Positions 30,783-41,073 of a stretch of DNA of 64,000 nt are shown one piece after another (position 1 is the stretch's first letter; each line of letters opens with the position of its first letter). Source of the stretch: Deltaproteobacteria bacterium (GTDB taxonomy: Bacteria; Myxococcota; UBA727; VGSZ01); assembly GCA_016177705.1 (NCBI GenBank), contig JACOUT010000005.1, positions 94,374 through 158,373 on the forward strand, given 5' to 3'. The notes below the pieces were generated by a model. That model saw only the letters and a program-made list of their open reading frames with translations, had not been told where the DNA came from and ran no database searches. Position numbers and translations under genes: made by a program.

Positions 30783-33219
30783 TCATTCCGCGTCGCCCTC
30801 ACGAGCAGCCGGTTTGGCCGTCCGCAACACCGGCAGTGCAGTCTGCGGAACGAAGTCGAGGAACTTGCGGGCGGTCTCGAGCAGTCCGCGGCCCTCTACC
30901 GCCGCCAGCTCGCCGAAGTTGGCGGACAGCGCCGAAAGGAGCTGGGTGTCGCCCAGCCGCGTCAAGGCCGCGACCAGGTCGGGCGAGAAGGCACCTGCCT
31001 GCCGGACGGCCGCCTCGGTCTGCTCGCGCAGCCGGGCCAGCTCGAGCTCCTGCTCCCGCTGGCGCTCGAGCAGCGCCGCCTCGCTCTCGCGAGCTTGGAT
31101 GAGCAGGCGCTGCTCGCGCACCTCACCTTCGCGCGCGGCGTCGGCGATCTCGGAGGTGCGCTTCAGCTCGAGCAGCCGAGCGTGCTGCGCCTGCCGGTGC
31201 TCTTGCAGCACGAACACGCGTGCTTCCCGCTCCTCGTCGAGCTGCGCGCGCAGCAGCTTGGTTTGGTGCTCGGCCTGCGCGAGTTGGCGATCGATCTCCT
31301 CGAGGCGCCGCCGGTCGGCGAGCGCGCTCTCCTTCTCCGCTACCTCGATGGCGCTCTGAATGGCGTGGAGCTGCGCGCCGGCGAGCAGCGCCCCCACATC
31401 GTCGTCGGTGACCTCGAGCTCGTGCACCTCGACGTCGGTGACGCGCATGCCGTTCTCGGCGAACGACAGGCCCACGCGCGGCGCTTCGGCCTTCTTGCCG
31501 AGCACGGTGTCGCGAACGATCTCGGCGATCTCGGCGCGCAGCCGACGGATGGGGACCTGGCGCGCCGCTGCCTTGATGATCGACGCCGCGTGGTCGCACA
31601 ACAGCTTCACGTAGTTATCGACCGCGAACCAGCGCTCCTCGTCGCCTTCGAAGCTGACGCGGTACTTGACCGTCACCGCCGCCTCGACGAGGTCGCTTGA
31701 GACCACGTCGACCCGATCGCTCACCTGGTTGCCGGCGATCTGCAGGAACGCGGTGTGCAACGGGTGCTCGGTGCTCTTGGGTGTTCCCGTCGACAGGGTC
31801 AGCGCTTCGAGCGTCTCGCCCCACTCGAGCAGCGCGGTTCGCGGACCGCGCACCACGCGCCGAGCGCCGCTCTTGTCGACGATCTGTGCGGCGTAGCCCG
31901 ACCACACATCGACGGACACGACGCCGTCGTACTTGGTGTCGAGCGTGATGGTGCGCGGCGCGACGAAGCCGCGCGCGAACATGTTGACGTTCGACGGTGC
32001 CATCGCCTCTCGCGCGGCCGCGCTCGGACCCGGCATCGGCGGGGGCACGGCAATGTCCTTGCGCGGCGCCGCGACGGGCGGCGGCGCGGCTGCCGGCGCG
32101 CGTCGCAGCGCGCGGTTGACGGCCAGCGCCTCGTCGTTGGCGGGATAGAGGAGCGCGCACTCGCGGTCGGCGAGCACGCGCCGCGTGATCACCTCGCGCC
32201 GCGGATCGGGCAGGAACATCGTGGGGCCGCGCTTGAGCGCGATCTCGCCGCTCAACCGATTGAGCACGTAGCGCCCCTCGCCGGCCGGGATGGCGATGGC
32301 GTGGTGCACCTCGGTCATCTCGCTCTTGATGACGGCGTGCTCGTCGCGCGGGAAGTAGATCTTGTTCTTGCCGGTGAGGAACAGCTCCTCGCCCTCGGCG
32401 TGCGCCACGCCCTCCTCGTCGAGGTAGGGCGCGATCACCTTGACGTGCAGGCCGGTGATCTCGGAGAGCTCGATGGCGCGCTTCTTTCGTCCGCCTTCGT
32501 CGACGAAGCGCTGCTCCGGCTCGGGGAACACTACCGCCTCGCCGCGCAGGTAGCGCTTCTTGCCGTCGTCGCCCACCAGCACGCAGTACTCGAGGCGCTG
32601 CAAGGTCACTGCATCGCGCACGTACCTGCCGTCGTCGTCGGGCAGCACCTCGACGCCGTTCGGCGGCATGTAGAAGGAGACGTCGGTGCCGCGGATGACA
32701 CGCTTGTCCCCGATGTCGAAAGAGACGTCGTCGCCGACCACGTCGACGCCGAGCACGGCGGCGCGGTCCTTGTTGGCCTCGTCGGCGTCGAAGACGCGGA
32801 TCAACAGGTACTGGTTCATCTGCAGGCGGTGGCCCTCGACCACCTTGACCATCTGCCCGGGCCAGAGCGCGAAGCTGACCGGCCCCGGCAGGATGACCTT
32901 CTTGCCCACTTGCAGGTCGACGAGCCCGGAGGCGACGCCCGGCTTCGGGTGCATGCCGTCCCGCCCCGGGTTCTTCAGCACCATGTACCAGTTGGCCGGC
33001 GCGGTCGCGAACAGCTGCACGGCGGAGGCGAGCTCGGCGGCGGCGTCGAAGCGCTTGGTGAGCGCGTTGAAGATCACCGGCTGATCGGTCTGCGCCAGGC
33101 TGGTCTTGTTCGGGCCTACGTAGCAGTTGATGTGGCCCTTGGTGGTGTCGAGCACGTACGCGTATTCGTTGGGCGAGAGCACGAGCTCGCGCTCGCGCGG
33201 GGGACGGCGCTCTTCCATG
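30783..33219 (-). CDS. major vault protein (MVP) homologue
   Basis: ATG at 33219 with GGAGG 7 nt upstream. The N-terminal half holds MVP repeats collinear with eukaryotic MVP (YAYVLDTTKGHINCYVGPNKTSLAQTDQPVIF versus human [31 protein letters not shown], and ALWPGQMVKVVEG versus PLYPGEVLEKDI). The middle is a shoulder/SPFH-like region (FAVDNYVKLLCDHAASIIKAAARQV) and the C-terminus is a long coiled-coil cap-helix-like segment. Total length is 812 aa. Confidence 0.8.
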
Positions 33220-33336
33220 GTGTTCCTCCGGTGCGGAGGGTGCGTGAGCACGGCACGCGCCAACGTCAGGTCGCGTTCGGACGCGGCCGGCGCGCTGACC
33301 GGCGCGCCGTTTGGGTGCAGCCTGATCGAGCCTGGC

Positions 33337-35238
33337 TCAGCCGCCGGGGATGAACGGCAGGATCGCGCGCAGGTCTTCGTCCTGGAACGTAAGGCCGACA
33401 CCAATGAAGTAGTCGAGCCCGAAGCCGGTGCGCGGATCGTAGAGCTGCAAGCCACGCGGGCCCACGCTGTTGAGCGCGTCGTCGAGGCCCGCCGAGACGT
33501 ACAGGTGCGGGATCGGCTGCGCCTTCACCAAGGTACGCCAGCGCGGCAGGTAGAAGTCCGGCTGGGCGTCGGTGCTGAGCGTGTCGCGCGGACCGCGGAA
33601 GTCGAACACGTCGCTCCTCAGCTCCACGCGGTCGTCGAACAAGAAAAGGTTGGCGCCGACGCCGCCGGTGGTCTCGATGAGCCCTACGCGCAGCACCAGG
33701 AAGTCGAAGAAGCGCTTGGCGAACATGGCGCTGATACGCAGCTGGTTGTCCTCCTCGCGCACGCTCTCGCGGATCACGTTGCCGTCGACGTCGCGCTCGG
33801 TGTAGCGCTCGAGGCGCCCGCCGTCGTCGACCACCTCGAGCAGGTAGTACTTGTCGGGCTTCGGCTGCAGCCGCAGGCTGAGCGTGGTGGTGTTGGCGTC
33901 GCGGTTGACGTTGTACCAGCTGCCGATGTCGACGTGCGTCTCCATCGAGGTCAGGCTCGAGACGAAGTCGGCGGCGCCCGACACCGCGCTCTCCACCTTG
34001 TCGGCGATCTTCTCGTCGGTGAGCAGGCGGCCGACCGTGCCCTCGCCGCGCTCGACGCGCCCCATCACCTCCGAGAGCGACGCCAGCGACCGGTTCAGCT
34101 CCTCGATGGTGGTCTTGAGCGACTTGACGCCCTGGCCGAGCTCCTCCTCGTTGTCGCCGAGCACGCCCTTGAGTTGCTCCGTGACGACGGAGAGGTCGTC
34201 GGCGACCTTGCGCACGCTCGCCATGGTGGCGCGGATGTCGCCGTCACCCTCAGCGGTACCGCCGTCGGGGCCGACGCCGGCGCCAGGGCCCGAGCCGGTC
34301 ATGTCGGCGAGATCGGCGGTGATGCGCTGCACGTTCGCGACCAGCTTGTTGAAGTCGCTGTCGTCCTTCGCGATCTTGCCGTCGATGTCGCGCACCGCCT
34401 TCTCGACCGTGTTCACCGCCTTGCGCAGGTCGGTCATCACCAACTCGTAGATCTCGCCGATCGGCTTGGTGTCCTCGTCGCCGGCGATGAAGCGGTTCAG
34501 CTCCGCGGTGATGCCGTTGATGTTCGAGGCGATGCCGCCGATCTCTTGATCGATCTTGTGCGTGATGCTGGCGAGGTCGCCGATGATGCCCTCGGCCTTG
34601 CTGAGCAGGGCCTCGTTGCCGGTGGCCGAGCGGACGTTGATGACGCGCTCGCCTCCCTTGAACATGGTCTTGGACGGCCCCGGCTCGAGGAAGAGCGCGT
34701 TGGCGCCGAGCAGGCCGAGGCTGCCCTTCTTGACCCAGGAGTCGACCGGCACCGGCCACTGCTTGCTGACCGCGAAGTCGATGCGCGCCACCCGCACTCG
34801 TTCCTGCTTCGCCGCCTCGATGGCTTCGCGCACTCGCGCCTGGTCCCACTTTTCCTCGGCCACTTGCGCGCGCGTCGGTAGCGTGCCCCGCTTCTCGAGG
34901 TTGGCGATGACGCCGTCGAAGTCGTCGTGCGGCTTGACCGTCAGGTCGGCGCCGAGCGGGCGATCGACCCGCTGCAGCACGCGGGCCTCCAGGTCGACGA
35001 CGTACTCGCCGATCGGGACCTCGACCAGCGTGGCCTCGTTGATCTTGCCGGCCTTGAGGCCGGCGATGCTGATGATCGACTTGGCGTTGATGCCGGTCGC
35101 GTCGGTCAGGTACGCGTAGTAGTCGACGGAGTCGCGCGCGAAGCTGACCTTCTCCGACGACAGGTAGAAGATCACGCCGATCACCGTGCCGACGATGATG
35201 ACGAGACCGGCGCGGAACGCGTTGGCCGCGTCGCTCAC
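33337..35238 (-). CDS. MCE-family (MlaD-like) substrate-binding protein with a long coiled-coil extension
   Basis: An N-terminal TM segment precedes an MCE domain (IAGLKAGKINEATL...), followed by an extended helical region. The gene lies downstream of mlaF/mlaE homologues. Confidence 0.85.
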   Translation of the reverse strand: MSDAANAFRAGLVIIVGTVIGVIFYLSSEKVSFARDSVDYYAYLTDATGINAKSIISIAGLKAGKINEATLVEVPIGEYVVDLEARVLQRVDRPLGADLTVKPHDDFDGVIANLEKRGTLPTRAQVAEEKWDQARVREAIEAAKQERVRVARIDFAVSKQWPVPVDSWVKKGSLGLLGANALFLEPGPSKTMFKGGERVINVRSATGNEALLSKAEGIIGDLASITHKIDQEIGGIASNINGITAELNRFIAGDEDTKPIGEIYELVMTDLRKAVNTVEKAVRDIDGKIAKDDSDFNKLVANVQRITADLADMTGSGPGAGVGPDGGTAEGDGDIRATMASVRKVADDLSVVTEQLKGVLGDNEEELGQGVKSLKTTIEELNRSLASLSEVMGRVERGEGTVGRLLTDEKIADKVESAVSGAADFVSSLTSMETHVDIGSWYNVNRDANTTTLSLRLQPKPDKYYLLEVVDDGGRLERYTERDVDGNVIRESVREEDNQLRISAMFAKRFFDFLVLRVGLIETTGGVGANLFLFDDRVELRSDVFDFRGPRDTLSTDAQPDFYLPRWRTLVKAQPIPHLYVSAGLDDALNSVGPRGLQLYDPRTGFGLDYFIGVGLTFQDEDLRAILPFIPGG

Positions 35239-36056
35239 ACGTTCTTCTCCTTCCAGGTCGCGAAGAAGCGCTGCACGAAGGGATGCTCCGACGCGAGCAT
35301 AGCGCCCTTCAGCCCGCGGCAGACAATCTCGCCGTCGTAGACGAAGATGATCTCGTCCGCGATCTTGAAGGCCGAGGCGATGTCGTGGCTGATGACGATG
35401 CTGGTGACGCCGAGCTTGTGCTTGGCCTCCAGGATCATCTCGTCGACCTGGTCGGTGGTGATGGGGTCGAGGCCGGTGGTCGGCTCGTCATAGAGCACGA
35501 TCTGCGGCTCGAGCGCGACCGCGCGCGCCAACGCCACGCGCTTTCGCTGGCCGCCCGAGATCTCGGCCGGGTAGCGCGGCCCGAGCGCGTCGACGTCGAG
35601 CGAGAAGACGTTGAACAGCTCGCGCACGCGCGCATCGAGCGCCTCGCCCTTCAGCTCCTTCCGGTGCTCCTTGAGCGGGAAGGCGACGTTCTCCCAGTTG
35701 CTCATGGAGTCGAACAGCGCGCCATTTTGGAAGACCATGCCGAACTTGGAGCGCGTCGTCTTCAGCTCGAGCTTGGACAGCCGCGTGATGTCCTGACCGT
35801 CGACGATGACCGAGCCCGAGTCGGGCTTGAGCAGGCCGATCATGTGCTTCATCAGGACGCTCTTGCCCATGCCGGAGCCGCCGAGGATCACCAGGATCGA
35901 CCCGCGCGGCACCGCGACGTTCATGCCCTTGAGCACCTGACGCGAGCCGAAGGTCTTCTTGAGGTCGACGACGCGCAGCGCCACGTCGTGCTCGACGGCC
36001 GGCGGTGGTTCGCCGGTGCGCGCGGTCTCTGGCTGCTTGACGACCTGCGTGGTCAC
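35235..36056 (-). CDS. ABC transporter ATP-binding protein (MlaF-like)
   Basis: Walker A GGSGMGKS, the ABC signature ISGGQRKRVALARA and Walker B LYDEPTTGLD are present. Confidence 0.9.
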   Translation of the reverse strand: MTTQVVKQPETARTGEPPPAVEHDVALRVVDLKKTFGSRQVLKGMNVAVPRGSILVILGGSGMGKSVLMKHMIGLLKPDSGSVIVDGQDITRLSKLELKTTRSKFGMVFQNGALFDSMSNWENVAFPLKEHRKELKGEALDARVRELFNVFSLDVDALGPRYPAEISGGQRKRVALARAVALEPQIVLYDEPTTGLDPITTDQVDEMILEAKHKLGVTSIVISHDIASAFKIADEIIFVYDGEIVCRGLKGAMLASEHPFVQRFFATWKEKNV

Positions 36057-36074
36057 GGGCTGCTCAGGTGCTCC

Positions 36075-37031
36075 TCATTTGGGCAAGGCGTCGAAGCGAA
36101 TCCAGGAGTGGATCAGCGGGTCAAGGATCTCGGCCAACAGGTAGGTGCTGACCAGCACACACACGTTGGAGATGACGACGGTGCGGGTGGCGGCCTCGCC
36201 GACGCCGCGCGCGCCGCCCGAGGCGTGGAAGCCTTGGTACGACGCGATCAGCGCGATCTGCAGGCCGAAGATCGCGCCCTTGATCCAGCCTTCGTAGAAG
36301 TCGTCCGGGTCGAGCGCTTGCCAGGTCTCGTAGAAGAAGACACCGGGGTCCACACCTTCGCGCATCACCGCCATCACGTAGCAGCCGCCGTAGCCGGCAG
36401 CGCAAAAGACGATGGTGAGCAACGGCATCATCAACGTGGTGGCGATGGCGCGCGGCACCACCAGGTACTGCACCGGCTCCACCGCCAAGGTGGAGAGCGC
36501 GTCGATCTGCTCGGTGACGCGCATGGTGCCGAGCTCGGTCGCCATGCCCGAGCCCGAGCGCCCGGCGACCATCAGCCCCGTCAACACCGGGCCGAGCTCG
36601 CGCACCAGCCCGAGCATCGTGGTCGGTCCCACCAGCGCCTCGGCGCCGAAGCGCCGGAAGCCCTGCAGGCTCTGAAAGCCGAAGCTCAGCCCGGTGAACA
36701 GGCCCGTCAGCATGACGATGAACAGCGAGCCGAAGCCGACGTCGCGCATGTGGCGCGCGAGCTGCCCCCAACGAAAGGGGCGGCGCGGCAGCCAGAACGC
36801 GACGTCGAGGCAGAACAGCCCGAGGCTGCCGACCTCCTCGATGAAGGTCACCGCCGGGCGGCCGACGGCAACGACGGTGTCGACCGCCAGCGCGCGCGCG
36901 CGCGACGGCGCCGCCACGACCTGCGTCGGCTCGTTACCGCCGGTGCTTGGGCTCGTGCTCAACGCAGCGACGTTCCCGCGGCCCACCGCCATCGTCAAGA
37001 AGCGGGGCGACGTCAGACAACCCGTCGTCAA
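36075..37031 (-). CDS. ABC transporter permease (MlaE-like)
   Basis: Polytopic permease with MlaE-like segments (GFGSLFIVMLTGLFTGLSFGFQ; EQIDALSTLAVEPVQYLVVPR). The start could instead be at 36992. Confidence 0.8.
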   Translation of the reverse strand: MTTGCLTSPRFLTMAVGRGNVAALSTSPSTGGNEPTQVVAAPSRARALAVDTVVAVGRPAVTFIEEVGSLGLFCLDVAFWLPRRPFRWGQLARHMRDVGFGSLFIVMLTGLFTGLSFGFQSLQGFRRFGAEALVGPTTMLGLVRELGPVLTGLMVAGRSGSGMATELGTMRVTEQIDALSTLAVEPVQYLVVPRAIATTLMMPLLTIVFCAAGYGGCYVMAVMREGVDPGVFFYETWQALDPDDFYEGWIKGAIFGLQIALIASYQGFHASGGARGVGEAATRTVVISNVCVLVSTYLLAEILDPLIHSWIRFDALPK

Positions 37032-37063
37032 CGGTGCAGGGAGAGGTGGTAGGCTGCCGCCCC

Positions 37064-38710
37064 ATGGCCACCACCGGCGACAAGCCGCGGCAGATCGGCA
37101 TCGATCTCGGCACCACCAACACGCTGGCGGCGTGGACCGACGGCCGCGTGCCGCGCGTCATCCCCACCGAGAAGGGCGGCAACCTGCTGCCGAGCGTGGT
37201 CGCGTTCGCGGGCGATCGCGTGATGATCGGCCAGCCGGCCAAGGAGCAGTTGCTCATCAACCCGGCCGACACCATCTACGGCAGCAAGCGCCTGGTGGGG
37301 CGGCCCTTCCACTCGAGCCAGGTGAAGTCGCTGCAGAAGCGCTTCCCCTACGAGGTGGTCGAGGGCGATCGCGGGCTGTGCGCGGTCAAGGCTGGCGGGC
37401 GCGTCCACGACTTGGCCGAGATCTCGACCATCCTGCTGCAACAGATCGCACGCTACGCGGGCGCGCACCTCGGCGGCGCGGTCGAGGGCGCGGTCATCTC
37501 GGTGCCGGCCGACTACCCGCTCACGCAGCGCGAGGCGGTGCGAAAGGCGGCGCGCGCGGCCGGCCTCGACGTCTGGCGCCTGGTCAACGAGCCGACCGCG
37601 GCCGCGCTCGCCTATGGGCTGTCGCGCAACCTCGATCAGAAGATCCTGGTGTTCGACCTGGGCGGCGGCACCTTCGACGTCTCCATCCTCGAGATCGGCG
37701 GCGGCACGTTCAACGTGCTCGCCACCGGCGGCGACAGCTCGCTCGGCGGCGTCGACTTCGACATCCGTCTGTCGGACCACCTGATCGAGCGCTTCGAGGC
37801 CGACGAAGACCTGTCGATCAGGGACGAGGCGGTGGTGGTGCAGCGCGTGCTCAACGCGGCCGAGCTCGCAAAGATCGACCTGTCGCTGTTGCAGCACGCC
37901 GAGGTGCGCCTGCCTTTCGTGACGCAGCGGCGCGGCAAGCCCGTCGACCTGCTGCTGCACGTCAGCCGCCAACAGCTGGTGCAGCTCACCGAGGATCTGA
38001 TCGAGCGGTGCGCGCGCACCGTCGACGAGGTGCTGGCGCACGCGGGCCTCGCGCACAAAGACATCGACGAGATCCTGCTCGCCGGCGGCCAGACCCGCAT
38101 GCCGGCCATCCAGGCGCGCCTCGAGAAGCAGTTCGGCAAACCGCCCAAGAAGGGCGTCAACCCCGACGAGGTGGTGGCGCAGGGCGCGGCGCTGTTGGCG
38201 CGCTCGTTGTCGGGGGGCGGCGAGGTCCGGCTGCTCGACATCATCTCGCTGCCGGTGGGCATCGGACGCAGGAGCGCCACCGGCGTCACCTTCGAGCCCG
38301 TGTTGGCGAGGAACGCGACGCTGCCGGCGCAAGGCATGGTGGAGGTGAGCACGCTGGTCGACGGCCAGACGGCGATCGAGGTCGATCTGTTCCAAGGGTT
38401 GTCGCGCGACATCAAGGCCGCCGACTACCTCGGCACCGTCAAAATGGACGTGCCGCCCGGGCCCGCGGGTGCACGCGCCATGACGGTGACGGTGCACGTC
38501 GACGCTGAGGGCCTGCTCGAGGTTCGCGGCGTCGCGCCCAGCTCGCCGGCGCGGCGCCTGCCGGTGGTGGCCAAGCACCCGACCCTGCGCATGGACGCGC
38601 CGCCGGCCCACCTGAGCGACGCGTCCTCCGGCTCAATCCCGATCCCCCGGGGAGTGCAGGGAACTGCCGCTGCCAAGCCCGGTCTGCTCCAGCGCCTCTT
38701 CAAGCGATAG
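37064..38710 (+). CDS. Hsp70-family protein (DnaK-like ATPase plus beta-sandwich, no helical lid)
   Basis: The N-terminus IGIDLGTTNTLAAW, DLGGGTFDVSIL and VFDLGGGTFD mark an actin-like Hsp70 nucleotide-binding domain. A substrate-binding beta domain follows, but no C-terminal alpha-helical lid. Confidence 0.8.
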   Translation: MATTGDKPRQIGIDLGTTNTLAAWTDGRVPRVIPTEKGGNLLPSVVAFAGDRVMIGQPAKEQLLINPADTIYGSKRLVGRPFHSSQVKSLQKRFPYEVVEGDRGLCAVKAGGRVHDLAEISTILLQQIARYAGAHLGGAVEGAVISVPADYPLTQREAVRKAARAAGLDVWRLVNEPTAAALAYGLSRNLDQKILVFDLGGGTFDVSILEIGGGTFNVLATGGDSSLGGVDFDIRLSDHLIERFEADEDLSIRDEAVVVQRVLNAAELAKIDLSLLQHAEVRLPFVTQRRGKPVDLLLHVSRQQLVQLTEDLIERCARTVDEVLAHAGLAHKDIDEILLAGGQTRMPAIQARLEKQFGKPPKKGVNPDEVVAQGAALLARSLSGGGEVRLLDIISLPVGIGRRSATGVTFEPVLARNATLPAQGMVEVSTLVDGQTAIEVDLFQGLSRDIKAADYLGTVKMDVPPGPAGARAMTVTVHVDAEGLLEVRGVAPSSPARRLPVVAKHPTLRMDAPPAHLSDASSGSIPIPRGVQGTAAAKPGLLQRLFKR

Positions 38711-38784
38711 CGGCACATGGCCGCACGTCACGAGGCGCGGCCATGTCCAGGCGAGCGAACAGTCGTTCGGCTACAGTGTCGTTG

Positions 38785-39405
38785 ATGCACAGCAAGGCCC
38801 CCCGTCTCCTCGGCGCCGTCGCGATGCTGACCTCAGCGATCGCGTGCGCCCCAGAATTCGACCAGCCGATCCCCTTGGCCGTCGGCGCCAGCTGGACGTA
38901 CGACACGTCCGAGACCGCCACGGGTACGAGCGGCACCAAGACCCAGACGGTCACCGAGGTCACCGACGGCGTGGCCACGCTGGTCACCGACAAGGCCGGC
39001 GGTGGCACCACCACCAGCAAGCAGCAGGACCTCGACGACGCCGTGGTGCGGCTGTCAGAGGAGAGCGTCACCGCCGCCGGCGGCCCCGACGGCAGCGAGA
39101 GCTACGACCCGGCGAAGGTACGGGTGCCGAAGACTCTGCGCGTCCCCGGCGACTCGCTCACCGACAGCTACACCGAGACCGTGGTCGACGCGGCCGGCGT
39201 CTCGACCACCAACGAAAAGAGCGAGGAGTGGACCTTGCTCGAGATCACCTCGTACGACGTGCCGGTCGGGACCTTCCCCAACTCCTTCCACTTCCTGCGC
39301 AGCGGCGCCGTCGACAAACACTTCTGGTTCGCCAACGGCGTCGGCAAGATCCGCGAGGAGGGCGGCGGTCAAGTGGAGGAGCTGTCCGGCTACGAGCTGC
39401 CCTGA
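38785..39405 (+). CDS. lipoprotein, hypothetical
   Basis: MHSKAPRLLGAVAMLTSAIAC gives a signal peptide with lipobox; the body is Thr/Gly-rich. Confidence 0.45.
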   Translation: MHSKAPRLLGAVAMLTSAIACAPEFDQPIPLAVGASWTYDTSETATGTSGTKTQTVTEVTDGVATLVTDKAGGGTTTSKQQDLDDAVVRLSEESVTAAGGPDGSESYDPAKVRVPKTLRVPGDSLTDSYTETVVDAAGVSTTNEKSEEWTLLEITSYDVPVGTFPNSFHFLRSGAVDKHFWFANGVGKIREEGGGQVEELSGYELP

Positions 39406-39429
39406 CCGGCTCCAGGGCGCTCGACGACC

Positions 39430-41073
39430 TCACCGCGTCAATCGCACGAACGCCCACCCGCGAGCGCCCAGGCCGTCGACGACGAGCGTGTCGCCGTCGC
39501 GGCGCACCTTCGGTGCGCCCGACGCCAACAGCACGCGCGGCGCACCGCCGACCTCGACGGAGAACGGCGGGGCCGGCTCGCGATGGAAGTTCGCGACGAA
39601 CAGCACGCGCTCGGCTCCTCGCGAACGCAGCAGCGCGAAGGCCCCACGGCCGCCGCCGGTGACGACGGGACGGACCGCCTCGTCGCTCGAGAGCGCGCGC
39701 TCGGCGTGGCGCAGTGCGATCAAGCGCTGATAGCTGCGCCACAGGCCGGCCGCGCGCTGGGACTCGACGTCGACGCCGGCAGCCTCGGGCGCGTCGTGCC
39801 ACGCGCGCGCCGCGCTGGTGAAGCCGTGCCGCGCACCAGCACGGGCGAAGCGCATGGGCGTGCGCTTGTCTTCGTCGTCCCGCGACGCGCCGCCCTGCAT
39901 GCCGATCTCCTCGCCGTAATAGACGAACGGCGTGCCGGGCAACGCGAACAGGGTCGCGGCCGCCAGCGTCGCCTTGGCGACGTCGCCGCCGAGCTGGCGC
40001 ATGACGCGCGCTTGATCGTGGTTCGTCAAGAACTGCGCTTCGAACGCGCGGTCGGCGAACGCGGTCTCGGCGCGCGCCAGCGCCTGCGCCAGCGGCAGCC
40101 GCTGGTCGTCGTTGATCGCCTGCAGCACGGCCGCTGCGACGTCGAACGAGAAGGCGAGGTGCAGCTCATCGCCGTCGCCGGCGTAGCGGGCGATGCCGGG
40201 CGTGTCGGTCCACGCCTCGCCGACCAACAGCGCGTTCGGGTGGTCGCGCTCGATCGCCGCGCGCAGCCGTCGCAGCAGCGCGTGGCTGCCCTCGACGTCC
40301 GCCACGGCGCCGTCTGGCCCCTCGATCAGGTGGCGCACGGCGTCCAGCCGAAAGCCGTCGACGCCGCGCGCGAGCCAGAAGCGCATGACATCGAGCGCCT
40401 CCTGCTGCACCGCCGGGTTCTCGAGGTTGAGGTCGGGCATGCCGCTCCAGAAGAGCGCGTAGTACCTGCGGCCGTCGCCGCTCTCGTGCCACAGCGGCGC
40501 GCCGTCCCAGGGGCGCTTGTCGCCGGACGGGGCCGCTCGCCAGCGGTAGTAGTCGCGGTAGCGCGCGTGTTCGGCGTGGGTGGGGTCGCGCGCCGCGCGA
40601 AACCACGGGTGAGCGCTCGAGGTGTGGTTGACGACGAGATCGAGCACCACGTGCATGCCCCGCGCGTGCGCGGCGCCGAGCAGCGCGTCGAGATCGGCGA
40701 GCGTGCCGTAGGCCGGTGCGACGGCGCGATAGTCGGTGACATCGTAGCCGTGGTAGCTCGGCGACGGGTTGATGGGCATGAGCCAAAGCGTATCGACGCC
40801 GAGGTCGTCGTCGGTGCGTGGGTCGCCGTCGTTCAGCACATCCAGGTGCGCCATCAGGCCTCGCAGATCGCCGACGCCGTCGCCGTCGCTGTCGGCGAAG
40901 CTGCGCACGAACACCTGATAGACGACGTCGTCGTGCCACCAGCCGGCGCCGCCGACCGGGCGCGCCGCCGCGGCCCCGCCAAGGAGCGCGGTCCACAGGG
41001 CGAGCGCGAAGGCTACGCCCGCAAGCCCACGTCGTCGGCGAAGGCGACGCCGTCGAAGTCGCCGGTCGAGAAC
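39430..41073 (-). CDS. alpha-amylase family glycoside hydrolase (GH13), secreted
   Basis: GH13 catalytic regions are present: DVVYQVFVRSFADSDGDGVGDL, VVLDLVVNHTS, GFRLDAVRHL, EAW and FLTNHD. The N-terminus is Arg-rich and hydrophobic. The start is uncertain and probably overlaps the upstream M23 peptidase gene. Confidence 0.75.
   Translation of the reverse strand, partial: VLDRRLRRRRLRRRRGLAGVAFALALWTALLGGAAAARPVGGAGWWHDDVVYQVFVRSFADSDGDGVGDLRGLMAHLDVLNDGDPRTDDDLGVDTLWLMPINPSPSYHGYDVTDYRAVAPAYGTLADLDALLGAAHARGMHVVLDLVVNHTSSAHPWFRAARDPTHAEHARYRDYYRWRAAPSGDKRPWDGAPLWHESGDGRRYYALFWSGMPDLNLENPAVQQEALDVMRFWLARGVDGFRLDAVRHLIEGPDGAVADVEGSHALLRRLRAAIERDHPNALLVGEAWTDTPGIARYAGDGDELHLAFSFDVAAAVLQAINDDQRLPLAQALARAETAFADRAFEAQFLTNHDQARVMRQLGGDVAKATLAAATLFALPGTPFVYYGEEIGMQGGASRDDEDKRTPMRFARAGARHGFTSAARAWHDAPEAAGVDVESQRAAGLWRSYQRLIALRHAERALSSDEAVRPVVTGGGRGAFALLRSRGAERVLFVANFHREPAPPFSVEVGGAPRVLLASGAPKVRRDGDTLVVDGLGARGWAFVRLTR

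Noticed and set aside
31755-33353. 532-aa plus-strand ORF antisense to the MVP homologue
   Set aside because: The translation is His/Arg/Asp-rich shadow sequence. The minus-strand reading has an RBS, collinear MVP homology and a terminator.
33127-34881. 584-aa plus-strand ORF antisense to the MCE gene
   Set aside because: The translation is low-complexity Asp/Val/Ala/Arg; the MCE reading has the expected TM plus MCE domain.
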